DNA of 36,842 bases from Macrostomum lignano (Eukaryota), in contig NIVC01004045.1 of the NCBI GenBank assembly GCA_002269645.1, forward strand, positions 1 to 36,842. The letters are read 5' to 3'. Below are positions 22,135-33,578 of the stretch, one piece after another (within the stretch, counting starts at the first letter, position 1; each line of letters starts with the position of its first letter). The translations under genes and the position numbers were made by a program. Under the pieces are notes generated by a model that saw only the letters and a program-made list of their open reading frames with translations, was not told the origin of the DNA and searched no databases.

Positions 22135-23200
22135 TAATTGTCACACACTCATTGCCAGGTCATTGTCACACACTCATTGCCAGGTCATTGTCATTGTCAC
22201 ACACTCATCGCCAGGTCATTGTCATTGTCACACACTCATTGCCAGGTCATTGTCATTGTCACACACTCATTGCCAGGTCATTGTCATTGTCACACACTCA
22301 TTGCCAGGTCACTGTCACACACTCATTATGAGGTCACTGTCACACACTCATTGTCAGTTCATTTTCACACACTCATTGCCAGGTCACTGTCACACACTCA
22401 TTGTCAGGTCATTGTCACACACTCATCGCCAGGTCATTGTCATTGTCACACACTCATTGCCAGGTCATTGTCATTGTCACACACTCATTGCCAGGTCATT
22501 GTCATTGTCACACACTCATTGCCAGGTCACTGTCACACACTCATTATGAGGTCACTGTCACACACTCATTGTCAGTTCATTTTCACACACTCATTGCCAG
22601 GTCACTGTCACACACTCATTGTCAGGTCATTGTCACACACTTATTGCCAGGTCATTGTCACACACTCATTGTTAGGTCACTGTCACACACTCATTGTCAG
22701 GTCATTGTCACACACTCATTGTCAGTTCATTGTCACACACTCATTGCCAGGTCACTGTCACACACTCATTGTCAGGTCATTGTCACACACTTATTGCCAG
22801 GTCATTGTCACACACTCATTGTTAGGTCACTGTCACACACTCATTATGAGGTCACTGTCACACTCATTGTCAGGTTATTGTCACACACTTATTGCCAGGT
22901 CATTGTCACACACTCATTGTTAGGTCACTGTCACACACTCATTGTTAGGTCACTGTCACACACTCATTATGAGGTCACTGTCACACTCATTGTCAGGTTA
23001 TTGTCACACACTTATTGCCAGGTCATTGTCACGCACTCATTGTTAGGTCACTGTCACACACTCATTATGAGGTCACTGTCACACTCATTGTCAGGTTATT
23101 GTCACACACTTATTGCCAGGTCATTGTCACACACTCATTGCCAGGTCACTATCACACACTCATTATGAGGTCACTGTCACACACTCATTGTCAGGTCACA
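22135..23200. repeat. ~25-31 nt minisatellite (TTGTCACACACTCATTGCCAGGTCA)
   Basis: Fills almost all of WBP11 intron 1; source of the His/Cys-rich spurious ORFs. Confidence 0.95.
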
Positions 23201-23261
23201 CACAGCCCTTCCCAGATGTTGAGTCAGCCTGTCATGCTGCCTTCAATGAGCAAATTTTTAC

Positions 23262-23378
23262 CTGCATTCGCTGCTTTTTGTTTTTCTTCAGCTCCCGTTT
23301 CCTGGCCTCCTTCCGCGCCTGGTCGGTCGGGTTCATGAACCGGCCAGTCTTGGTGGTGCCAACTGCTCGCCTGCCCAT
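23262..23378 (-). CDS. WBP11: WBP11 exon 1
   Basis: MGRRAVGTTKTGRFMNPTDQARKEARKRELKKNKKQRMQ is the hallmark WBP11 N-terminus; donor CAG|gtaaaa. Confidence 0.95.
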
Positions 23379-23705
23379 GGCTCAGCTTGTTGCAGATTTA
23401 GTATTTTTGATATAAAATTACAAACATGAAATTTAAATATTCATGCATTACATTATATTTGTTGAGATTACTAATTTAATTTATATGGTGACTTTAACTT
23501 TGAAATGAGCACCTAATCTGGCTGGCACTTTGAGGAACATTTTTCATGTATTAACTATAGGCCAAAGAAATACTTAAATTATTATCATAAATTTATAAGT
23601 TTGTCATATTGAATAAATAAAAAGATTTTATATTTTACAATGACTCCAATACAAAAACTTGTTAAATTTCAGACATACATTATCTGTCATTCTTGGTTGT
23701 GCATT

Positions 23706-24280
23706 TTAATGTTTGAAAACCAATACTATTTCCAGATTGATGGTGTTGCTATGGGATATCCTCTTGCCCTTATACTTGCTAATCAGTACCAAAGTCATTA
23801 GGAGAATGAATAGATAAAACTCCTCAATGCCCCACAGTTTTATAAGCATTATGTTGATGATACATTTGCTGTTTTTGACAATAAGTTTCTTATCAGAATA
23901 AACCTGGGTTTTTTTCGTCCATAACTTAGGTGCGATTTTGCACCCTGTGCTAGATTTCAGGGTGCGATTTTCAAGACCAGGATGCACTGCACGTCCACAA
24001 CACTAAATTGTAAAACCCACATCACATCCTTGCAAAAAATTGGGTGCACTTTTCGCACCCTGAGTCAAATTTCAGGGTGCGATTTTTAAGACCAGGATGC
24101 TTTTCGCACCCATTCACACAAAAAAACCCAGGAATAAACTCCACTTACCTAAACATCAAACTCACCATTGAAAGCATAAAGAAGAGTCTCTCTTTTCTTG
24201 ATACTGAGGTTGATTCAGATTGCTCTAGACATTGTCCTCTTGTGGAAGTTTACTATAAACTGTGGAAATATAGCTTGTCT
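23706..24280 (+). pseudogene. Decayed Penelope-like (PLE) reverse transcriptase fragment, interrupted by a MITE
   Basis: Frame reads YFQIDGVAMGYPLALILAN..FYKHYVDDTFAVF..[insert]..INSTYLNIKLTIE..LSFLDTEV with two in-frame stops. QxDGVAMGSP, YVDDTF and FLD are PLE-type RT motifs. Confidence 0.8.
23903..24132. mobile_element. 230 bp MITE with CCTGGGTTTTTTT/AAAAAAACCCAGG termini and AATAAA duplication
   Basis: 13-bp terminal inverted repeat; AATAAA at 23897-23902 and 24133-24138; removing the element plus one copy restores the RT frame. Confidence 0.8.
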
Positions 24281-24284
24281 AACA

Positions 24285-24527
24285 AATAGTATGAAAAATA
24301 AATGTCAACAATAAAATATAATACAATTTTTCTTTTTATTCAATGCATTTTGTCAAACATAAGACATTGTCAGGGCAAATTCAATTTACCTTAATTTTTC
24401 TTAATTCACCTTTGGTGTATTGAATTAAGGTGAATTGAATTGGCCCTGATGATATCTTATGTTTGCAAAATCTGCTGGCTAAAAAGAAAAATTATATGTT
24501 TTTGCTGACATTTTCTTATTTACTATA
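24285..24527. mobile_element. ~240 bp foldback (hairpin) MITE-like element
   Basis: The two halves are imperfect reverse complements (e.g. CAAACATAAGA..TCAGGGC.AATTCAATT.ACCTTAATT). Confidence 0.7.
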
Positions 24528-24531
24528 AATC

Positions 24532-24569
24532 TACAAGGGGTATCCCAGAAATAGTGTCACTTTTGCTTG
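24532..24569. mobile_element. Orphan Tc1/mariner-type terminal repeat
   Basis: TACAAGGGGTATCCCAGAAATAGTGTCAC resembles the mariner end at 28471; no partner found. Confidence 0.45.
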
Positions 24570-26696
24570 CTTCCACAAGTATTAATGTGTGTTAAAAAAG
24601 TTATGTGCCCTAAAAGTTAGTGGCTTATTTTAGCTTTCATGCCATGAAAGTCCAATTTTTATAATTGCTTCCTGCTATAAGCAGCATGCATTTATTCGCA
24701 TACCCTTGGCCATAGAAATAAACACTGCATAGTGCTTCTATGCTCACTCAGAAGAAAGTCTCAAGTAGAGCTGATCAAGCACAGAGTTGCAAGACAGCAG
24801 CTGCAAGATGTTTTTTATTTTAGAGATATAATTTTTTTCAAATAAGTTGCCCGTGCGCTGTCTATTGATGTCATATTATCCCTAGTGTGGTTTGCTTCTG
24901 CTTGTCTAGGCATTGTTCCACTACATGCTCCATGCATTGGCTGTTATTATCCTTTTTTATGGAACTTTGTTAAGTTGCACTTATGCTCCCGGTTTTTATC
25001 TTTTGTCCATACTATGCCCATAGGTGCCCACCATTGCATCCAGCAGTTGCTCCCACCTTTGGAATTGCTAGCTGCCCCTATTTAATCCCCTGTTTTCATG
25101 TGCTAATTCTGTTACCTTCCTTGCCCTTTTCTTTTATCCTCTGCTCCATTTAACTTGCTGATTCTTGCACACATTTATTTTATTTACTCTCGCTATCTAT
25201 CTTGCTTTGCCTGATAACAAAGCTTAATAAGTTTATCAATTAGTGAACTACTTTTATAATTTAGCACCCTGGTGCTGCCACAAATTTATCTCGATTGACT
25301 AACTAACTATTTTAACCTGCCTAATAATAATTAATAACTGAAAATAAATAATAAATAATAAGCTACATTCTATTTATTTGTTGATCCATAAGCCATAGCA
25401 TATCTTGAATTCTTTGCCCATGGGGCATAAAACAATCAAAGTTCTCAACTAAAGAAAGTTCTAAGACTTATTTGTTCTGTAATACGTAAATTACAGTGGT
25501 GGCAGCCCTACCATACTAAAAGTAACAAGCTTAGCAAATTGACGCATTAATTTGAATCACCGCGCTGCTATATGACCACTTCGCTACAATACTTTGAAGG
25601 ACTTTGAGGACCCCGGCAGTGGGATTAAAACAGGAGAAAGAATTTTGTTGTGATTTGTCTGCGCGACATCTTTAGATTTAGGATTTATTTGTGCAAATGC
25701 AATGCTGGCAAGAATTCAAATGCAGAATCTGCCTCCACCTCATTGGAGTTAGCAAGACTAACCAACTTCAAATTAAGCTTATTAACTTTTTCTGACCCCA
25801 CCTTACCTATTACATAAATAATTTTTTAGGCAAAATGTGACATTTTATAAGTTAGTTATAAATATAATATAAATTAGAGGCTATGGCCTACCATTTAGGA
25901 TTTTAGATGTAACAAAAAGGTCAGCTTATAATATTAATAATTACTAGGCCTTTAGGTCTACTTTGAATTCTATAGGCCTTAATATTATAGTAGGCCTAGA
26001 AAAAGAATTTATTTGCTATAAATAGACTTATTAATAGGTTACTACTATACTATAGTCTGGATCATGCTAGGTGCACACCCAAACAAAAATTGATAGGTAC
26101 AAATGCATGCCTAAAAAATGAGTGCATGCCCATTCTGAAAACTCTGCTGGTGTTGCAACAATAAATGACCTTTTTATGTTGTGAGAATTAATGACCTTTT
26201 TTCATTGCATAATAGACCCTTTTTGACAGATAATTTGGTTAATTTTTCTGCTTTTTAGGCAATATTGTTTATATTGGAAAATTGATATGTGCAAAGATTT
26301 GTTTAAATGCCTTATTACAAGCTTAAAAACCTGGAAAGTAGGAAATTTACACTTAAAAATGAACTTTTTTTCTACTTTAGGCCTACAATAACTCTTCTGC
26401 ATTATTCTATAAAGTGCATGCCAGGTGTATTTTCTTAGAAGTGATGCATGACAACTGTGCACACCTACTTTTGGCATGCAAGGCCAATGCACGCCCAATT
26501 TTTTGGGCATATACTACATGATCTAGAGTGTGGGGTTACTATAGTTATTCTATTATATCAAAATAGAATAGAATTGTAACTTGTAAGGTTCTACTACTCA
26601 AACTTGATCTTGATCTATGACTGAGATATTTGTGGTATCTACTTAGCTTAGCTACTAACTAGGCGTCTAGGCCTATTAATAGCTAATAAGAATTTT

Positions 26697-26807
26697 GGCA
26701 ATCTTCAAGTTTCGTTCGTTTAATTATTTCCGGAATTATTTCGCCCTCTATTCAAGGGTGGTGGGGGGTGGGTGTTGGAATTAAACGAACGAAACTTGAA
26801 GATAACC
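26697..26807. mobile_element. Merlin-like MITE, copy 1
   Basis: ~29-bp TIR GG(C/T)(A/T)ATCTTCAAGTTTCGTTCGTTTAATT; flanked by GAATTTT direct repeats. Confidence 0.72.
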
Positions 26808-27048
26808 GAATTTTTAGTATATTGGATTGACTAGGCCTACTGTAGTTCTTTAAAATATTATAATTTCTAATCTAAGTCTAAGATAGGCCTATCCTACATA
26901 GGAAAAGTAAGATTCTATAATTTTTTTATCTAAACATAATTCTACTATAATAGGCATAACATTACATTATTGATATTATTATAACATATAGCATAACATT
27001 TATTTTATTACACTACAACTAAACCGGAACCAGTGATACTGATTACTG

Positions 27049-27160
27049 GGCAATCTTCAAGTTTCGTTCGTTTAATTATTTCCGGAATTATTTTCGCCCT
27101 CTATTTAAGGGTGGTGGGGGGTGGGTGTTGGAATTAAACGAACGAAACTTGAAGATAACC
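27049..27160. mobile_element. Merlin-like MITE, copy 2
   Basis: Near-identical to copy 1; perfect 8-bp TSD GATTACTG at 27041-27048 and 27161-27168. Confidence 0.8.
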
Positions 27161-27765
27161 GATTACTGAACCAGGTCCATAAATTTATTTTAAATAAAAT
27201 TATAAAATATGAGCCAAAGTTTGAAAAGCCTTCATAATTATAAAAAACTAAAAGCTTTGATAATTTTTTAACTTGCAATATTAGTTGGCACGTAGCGATC
27301 GACTGCAGAAAGAAAGAATTAAACAGCTTGATTTTGTGGTATTGCACAATCAAAAAATTACAAATAAAGCAATTTAACTTTGTGCCAATCCTTCTTAGAT
27401 AGATGTTTGCGCTTTAACAAAGCTTAATCACTAGGCATGTTTTCCATTAGCTACTACTCAAACTACTAAAAAATCATTAGCTTTTGCTTCTCCGTTTTAC
27501 AAGATACGCTAATTCCATTTCCTGCTACAACACCCTGCGTAAACGAGTATTTTTCGGCCTTACATTTTGACACGGGTGGCTACAAACTAGAATAAACCAC
27601 ACGAATATCGTGTTATAAGCTGTTGACATGGACCCATGTTCTTTTAATTTTCAACCTGAAATCCAGGCACCATCTTTTGTTTCATAACGTGGTACCTTCT
27701 ATACAATTTTACTCTCTAGTTTCTTAGCAATTTAACTTTGCGCCAATTGTACATGCAGGCTGATA

Positions 27766-28185
27766 AGGGGCGTCGCCAACGGGGGGGGACAGGGGGGACA
27801 TGTCCCCTCTCAGTAAAAGATCTGGGGGGATATAATGCCAATGCTTTGTCCCCCACCCCACCTTGTGACCCGTTATGGAAATCAATAATTTTCGCTGCAG
27901 GGCGGATAGAACATGTAGTGCCTGCGGCGCTAAAATGAGTGCCTGCGGCGCCAAAATGAGTGCTTGCGGCGCTAAAATGAGTGCCTGCGGCGCTAAAATG
28001 GTCGAGTGCCTGCGGCGCTAAAAGGAGCGCCTGCGGCGCCAAAATAAGTGCCCGCGGCGCTAAAATGAGTGCTGACAACACCGATTCTGAAATAATGTAC
28101 ATGTAAGAATTTCGTCATGTACATGTACATGTATAATTATTGGCTAATTGTCTCTCCCCACCATAAAATCCATGGCGACGCCCCT
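27766..28185. mobile_element. Non-autonomous TIR element (hAT-like ends) with internal 21-22 nt tandem repeat
   Basis: AGGGGCGTCGCCA ... TGGCGACGCCCCT termini; GTGCCTGCGGCGCTAAAATGA array at ~27917-28070; no clean TSD seen. Confidence 0.6.
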
Positions 28186-28470
28186 GCATGCAGGAGAAAT
28201 TTAATCTTAAAACGCATTATGTATATTATGAATGCAAGCGTAGGTAGGTGTGCTACCAAATATGACTTAAGTCTACTTACTTAGTCTACCATGCAGTCTA
28301 GATGTACAAGTCTGATAATTCATGACTGTCCAGTCCGTTCATCCGGCTCCAATGCGTGGCTGATGAATTGAACTATATGTACATGTACATGTATAAATGC
28401 AATGTACTCTTGACTCCAAAAAACCAGCTGCAGTCTCACTGGCACACAATTGTGCATAATTATATTATTA

Positions 28471-29490
28471 TACGAGGGGTGTCCAGAAAATATAGTGTTA
28501 CTTGTACTTGTTTCGGGCATTGGTAGATTAAGTTGCATTTAACACAAGTTTGGTGTCGTTTGAAAGCCGCAAGTCTCTTCTTTAAAATGTCTTAAACTTA
28601 AACCTAAACTTAAACTAAAAAAAGACTTAAAGATTTGGATTTATATTTCAAGAAATATATGTGCATTAATTAGAGGGAGGTCGTAGACTACAGATCGAAG
28701 CTATGGACACCACCAGCTGTCTGCATGGACAAACGATCCAGTTTCATGTCCCCAGTGAGCAATCGGGGAACCCAACGGGCACTCAGCTTGAAATAATCCA
28801 TCTTCTGCAGATACTTGTAAACTATGAACTCCGGGCAATCCATAGTCGATCAGCCATTGCTTTGCTTTGGCGGCAGTCCACTCTTTATTGATCAAGTCGA
28901 GAATGCGATCAGGCTGCTGCTGGCTTGGATCTCAGGGCGTCCGGACCTTGGCATGTCGCTCACGTCAGTTCTTCCATCCTTGAACTCGTTCACCCACTTC
29001 TTCACTGTCATCTTGCTGACGGAATGGTCACCATGAGCAGTGCAAAGTTGCCTGTGAATATCAGCTGCCTTGGAACCCGGAGCTCCAAAGGGTATAAGGA
29101 TGGCATGTCGCTGCCCAGTCTTTGAATACACGCCCAGTTGACGATTGACGGATGAAAATTGAGCAACAGTGATAAATGTTTCGGCAAAAAGCTTTTCACT
29201 GTATGTCGCAATTTTGACCATGAAACAACTCATGCATACAAAAGTATCGATTGTCATCTGAGCAGAATGTTAATTTTAGCAGATAGGCCTATTTGAGCTT
29301 CTGCGAGTTCATGACTCGACCGATCTCCCTCTAATCTAATTAAATGCAAATATCTCTTGAAATATAGATCCAAATTGATTGCAGTTGAAGTCATTTTAAA
29401 GAATAGACTTTCCGTTTTCAAACAACACCAAACTTGTATCAAAGCAACCTACATGTACCACATGTCCGCAACAAGTAAAAATAACACTAC
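28471..29490 (-). mobile_element. Internally deleted mariner transposon with long TIRs
   Basis: HTH segment KAADIHRQLCTAHGDHSVSKMTVKKWVNEFKDGRTDVSDMPRSGRP and, in another frame, KLSARWVPRLLT. TA+CGAGGGGTGTCC end; imperfect inverted repeats at 28473-28683 and 29321-29489; no catalytic domain. Confidence 0.88.
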
Positions 29491-30194
29491 ATGAACATGA
29501 ATATGGCACATATATTTTTTACTAGTCATGACGACCAACTTGAAGTAAAAGGAAGCGAAACCACGCGTTTCTTAAAAAAGTTCAGGCAGGTTTTTGCCAA
29601 AAATTACGTTGCGAACTTTGGAGTTAACAAAGAAATTTCCCGCATTAAAATACTGACTCGTAATATAACTGCTTTTCCCAAGTCAAACTCCCGTCCTTCT
29701 TCTCCAAGTGGTTCTTATACTTAGTTTAAATAAATGGTAATCGATAACAATAATCCAATAAATAAAACTAATTGAATATAATATACTTGAACGCACAACC
29801 TCATAATGTGAACGTGTAGATTAAAATTTGTTTTAAATTTCAAGAGAATTTATGTTTAAAACACACAATAATGTATTTAATATAATGTAAAATATATATG
29901 CTTGTTCATAACTGCATGCAGCAATATTAGTATGGTTCAATGAAATGTATTGAAATTCAAAGAAAGTGAAATTATTTGCGCCAAAAATAGTATTGTGAAA
30001 TATTAACTACTTTTTTTCAAAATATGAGTATTAAAATGTCGCTAATTGCAGCTTTAATGAATTCTCCTTTGCAAAACCTAGCAATTAGTATTGGATAAAA
30101 TTACCTACTACTAGCTTTAATTGTACCTTCAGACAATATCAGTAGAACTAAACTCCATGTCTTTTCCAAATTGTTTCCGAGACTTTCACACGGT

Positions 30195-30304
30195 TTAATG
30201 TGCAGCATATCGATTGTGGCAGCGCATCGGCAGCACAATCACACTGCAGCCAATTACAGATGCCAATATGAAGATGAAGCACCCAATCCAGACAAGCTCG
30301 AGGC
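30195..30304 (-). CDS. Ig-domain membrane protein, putative last exon (TM helix and short tail)
   Basis: ttcatcctgattccag|GC, phase 1 matches the previous exon. Encodes GLELVWIGCFIFILASVIGCSVIVLPMRCHNRYAAH*. Confidence 0.6.
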
Positions 30305-30584
30305 CTGGAATCAGGATGAAGGGCATCACATAAGTGCTACTCTGCAGCAATTGGCAGCATTGAGATGACAGTCACAAGCCAGTAAAAAGACTGAGTGATA
30401 GGAATCTAAGGTTAGTCCGCGAAGATAAAAGCAGATTAGCAGAACTTAATGAGAGATTTCTCCGTTGAATCAGTGCAGACGTAAAAAGAACTATAAAAAG
30501 ATTATAGAGAACCCAGCGGACGACTGCGGCCCAGAGGAGGGGAAAGAGGCGAGGGAATAGAAAAGAGAAATATGAGAGAAAGGA

Positions 30585-30750
30585 GAGGAGAGGAGAGGAG
30601 AGGAGAGGAGAGGAGAGGAGAGGAGAGGAGAGGAGAGGAGAGGAGAGGAGAGGAGAGGAGAGGAGAGGAGAGGAGAGGAGAGGAGAGGAGAGGAGAGGAG
30701 AGGAGAGGAGAGGAGAGGAGAGGAGAGGAGAGGAGAGGAGAGGAGAGGAG
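30585..30750. repeat. (GGAGA)n microsatellite
   Basis: Seen directly. Confidence 0.97.
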
Positions 30751-30922
30751 AAAAGAAGAGAAAAGTGAGAGAAGAAAGCTGAGAAGAGACACAAACATTG
30801 AGCGGGCCGGATTGCTATTGTGAAGTTTCAAAGGACCCGAGGGCTGGATAGAGAGGCTTTGCGGCCCGCATGTGTTCCGCGGGTAAGAGTTTGCCGACTT
30901 CTACGAGACAGCAGCAGCTCAC

Positions 30923-31165
30923 CCCGCTCCTGCCGGAAGCAGTGAGGCACAACATCCAGGTGCATGCCCTTGGCCTCGGGCCAACGCTCGTACTTCTTGT
31001 CGAGCACTTCGCCGCTGCAGCTGTACCAGCCGGAGTTCAGCACCGTCAGGTTGGCCAGCGTCACCTTCAGGATGCCGTCCTGACTGCGGCCCGAGGCGAT
31101 GACGAAGCGGGAGCCGATCCAGAGGCCCGAGCTGCTGTTCAGGGAGTAGCTGCCCAGGACAGTGG
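30923..31165 (-). CDS. Ig-domain membrane protein exon (second half of Ig3)
   Basis: ccccaccatcag|CC ... CGGG|gtgagc, phase 1/1. LKVTLANLTVLNSGWYSC is an Ig E/F-strand DxGxYxC-type motif. Confidence 0.85.
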
Positions 31166-31298
31166 CTGATGGTGGGGAAAAATTGCGAATGGGATTTTCA
31201 ACGGAACGGTCTTGAGATTTGCGGCCTGGGCTTCTTGACTAGGGCTACGGCTTTGTGTGAATTTATGGGAGACAATGATATGCTGGGAGATTAGAGAA

Positions 31299-31480
31299 AG
31301 GAATCGGAACCCTGAGATTAGACTCAGGAAGGGAATCGGGATCCTGAGATTAGACTCAGAATGGGAATCGGGATCCTGAGATTAGACTCCGGATGGGAAT
31401 CGGGATCCTGAGATTAGACTCAGGATGGGAATCGGGATCCTGAGATTAGACTCAGAATGGGAATCGGGATCCTGAGATGA
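31299..31480. repeat. 32 nt minisatellite (GGGAATCGGGATCCTGAGATTAGACTCAGAAT)
   Basis: 5-6 copies, intronic. Confidence 0.9.
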
Positions 31481-31642
31481 GATTCGATCAGGGTTAGATT
31501 CGGGATCCCATTAGATCCCTATAGACGCATAGTTGCTAAGGCGTGGCCTTATCTGATGGACATGCTCAGGCACTTAACAAGAGAATAGCAAGGGATCCTG
31601 GCCTAAAAGTACTTAGATAGAGACTCAGTCAGCAGCAGTTAC

Positions 31643-31959
31643 CGTTGGCATCGAAGTCAGCAGCAGCGGGCAGGAACCGGATTTGCATCTTGGCGAAGCT
31701 GGGCCTGATGTGGCACACCAGGGTGAGGCTGGACCCGGTGCACTTGCTGGTGTTGCTGCTGAAGCTGATTGTCGGGATCCGCAGCTCCTGGGGCCACACG
31801 CGCCGAGGCGGCTTCGTCGACAGCGGAGGCGATGTTGTCGGACCGTTGGCGGACGGGGCGACGGCGCGCGGGGCGTAGGGAACCAATGCGAAGGGAACTG
31901 ACAGGGAACGAAAGGGCGGCGTCTTAAAAGCCAGCGAGGCGTTAAGCCGAACTTCGCAG
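31643..31959 (-). CDS. Ig-domain membrane protein exon (end of Ig2, Pro/Thr linker, start of Ig3)
   Basis: ccattttcag|C TGC GAA GTT ... AACG|gtaact, phase 2/1. Encodes CEVRLNAS and GSSLTLVCHIRP. Confidence 0.85.
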
Positions 31960-32010
31960 CTGAAAATGGACAGGATCTGAGTAGAGTATAGGATGCACCT
32001 CAGGGTAAAA

Positions 32011-32853
32011 GGGACCAGGAGACAAGGGACCAGGAGACAAGGGACCAGGAGACAAGGGACCAGGAGACAAGGGACCAGGAGACAAGGGACCAGGAGACAA
32101 GGGACCAGGAGACAAGGGACCAGGAGACAAAGGACCAGGGGACAAGGGACCAGGAGACAAGGGACCAGGAGACAAGGGACCAGGAGACAAGCGACCAGGA
32201 GACAAGGGACCAGGAGACAAGGGACCAGGAGACAAGGGACCAGGAGACAAAGGACCAGGGGACAAGGGACCAGGAGACAAAGGACCAGGGACAAGGGACC
32301 AGGAGACAAGGGACCAGGAGACAAGGGACCAGGGGACAAGGGACCAGAAGACAAGGGACCAGGAGACAAGGGACCAGAAGACAAGGGACCAGGAGACAAG
32401 GGACCAGGGGACAAGGGACCAGGGGACAAGGGACCAGGGGACAAGGGACCAGAAGACAAGGGACCAGGAGACAAGGGACCAGGGGACAAGGGACCAGGGG
32501 ACAAGGGACCAGGGGACAAGGGACCAGGGGACAAGGGACCAGGGGACAAGGTGTTGTGGGTGAAACAAAATTTCCCCATATACATTTATTTACATGACTG
32601 CGCAAATGTTAATATGAAAAGGTCGAACGAACCCAACTAGAAAGGAACAAAATAAAAATGAATTGAGAGCTGAGCTCAGCGTCAATGAGCCATGCATATA
32701 TTGAAGGATTAAAGCCAAAGTACAACACAAGGGACCAGGAGACAAGGGACCAGGAGACAAGGGACCAGGAGACAGGGGACCAGAAGACAAGGGACCAGGG
32801 GACAAGGGACCAGGGGACAAGGGACCTGGAGACAAAGGACAAGGGACCAGGGG
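32011..32853. repeat. 15 nt minisatellite (GGGACCAGGAGACAA), split by a 176-bp insert
   Basis: Blocks at 32011-32550 and 32728-32853. Confidence 0.95.
32552..32727. mobile_element. Probable solo LTR (176 bp)
   Basis: TGTTGT...ACAACA termini, 5-bp CAAGG duplication at 32547-32551 and 32728-32732, ATTAAA near the right end. Confidence 0.7.
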
Positions 32854-32973
32854 ACAGTCAGACCGAACAGGATAGGACAACCAAAGCTAAGGCCAACCTG
32901 ATTACTGAAAACTGCTAAATACAATTCCTATGGATGCAAGGAATTAGTTAAAGAGGCTGGACAATGGACTCAC

Positions 32974-33578
32974 CTGTAGATCCCAATCGTGTCCCTGGTG
33001 ACTTGAATCTGCACACTTGATTTGTAGCACTCCAGACGGTTCTGCAGCTCCCTGGGGATGCTGAACACTCCCAGATCATCTGGCTGGCAGGGCACCTGTA
33101 GAATCGAACTCGGGCCCACCGGCTCGATTGGCGGCTGCAGACGGCGCCTCCCGTTGGACTCCTGCAGCCAGCGGACACTCGGGGTGCCGCCGGCGTGGCT
33201 GCAGAGGACGGCCTCAGGACCAGCAGCCTGAAGTTTAGCCTCGATGGAGCGTTCAGAGAGCGTAGCTGGTTATAGAAATCACTTTTGCGAGACAGGTAGG
33301 CTCTGCCAGGGCCCCGCTTCATCTCAGCTGAGCTGGCCTGGCGCAACAATTCCCTGATTAGAGGCGGATGGACAGGTAGCAGCCTCCGCGTGCTGGGATA
33401 CATGTCGACGTCCACTGCGATGGTGGTGCTGGCCTGGACGGGACAGGCTCGGAGGGTTTGGCCGGGCTGGCACAGACTGCAGGTGTAGGTGCCGGCCAGC
33501 TCAGGTGTTACTAGAGACATGATGAGCTCGCTCTTCTTGCTGTGAGTTTGCTGCTTCAGCCCGAGATATGGACTCCAG
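32974..33578 (-). CDS. Ig-domain membrane protein exon (end of Ig1, basic linker, most of Ig2), with an apparent 1-nt deletion
   Basis: ccctccgcag|C TGG ... TACAG|gtgagt. The 5' frame gives SELIMSLVTPELAGTYTC; a shifted frame gives VLCSHAGGTPSVRWLQE..VQIQVTRDTIGIYS, which joins the next exon as GIYSCEV. Confidence 0.8.

Noticed and set aside
22112-23268. TGCAG|GT repeated at both ends of WBP11 intron 1 as a possible intron-gain signature
   Set aside because: Explained by ordinary donor and acceptor consensus.
22019-23338. His/Cys-rich ORFs (SHTHCQVIV) resembling metal-binding proteins
   Set aside because: Translation of the WBP11 intron 1 minisatellite, open in all three frames.
26058-26525. 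Possible degraded MITE with GATCATG..CCCAAA..AAAATTG ends
   Set aside because: Inverted similarity is too weak and no TSD is visible.
31993-32640. Collagen-like or repetitive ORF (QGTRR/KGPGD), and the 355-aa ORF at 33768-34835
   Set aside because: Intronic 15-mer and 31-mer satellites on the strand opposite the Ig gene.
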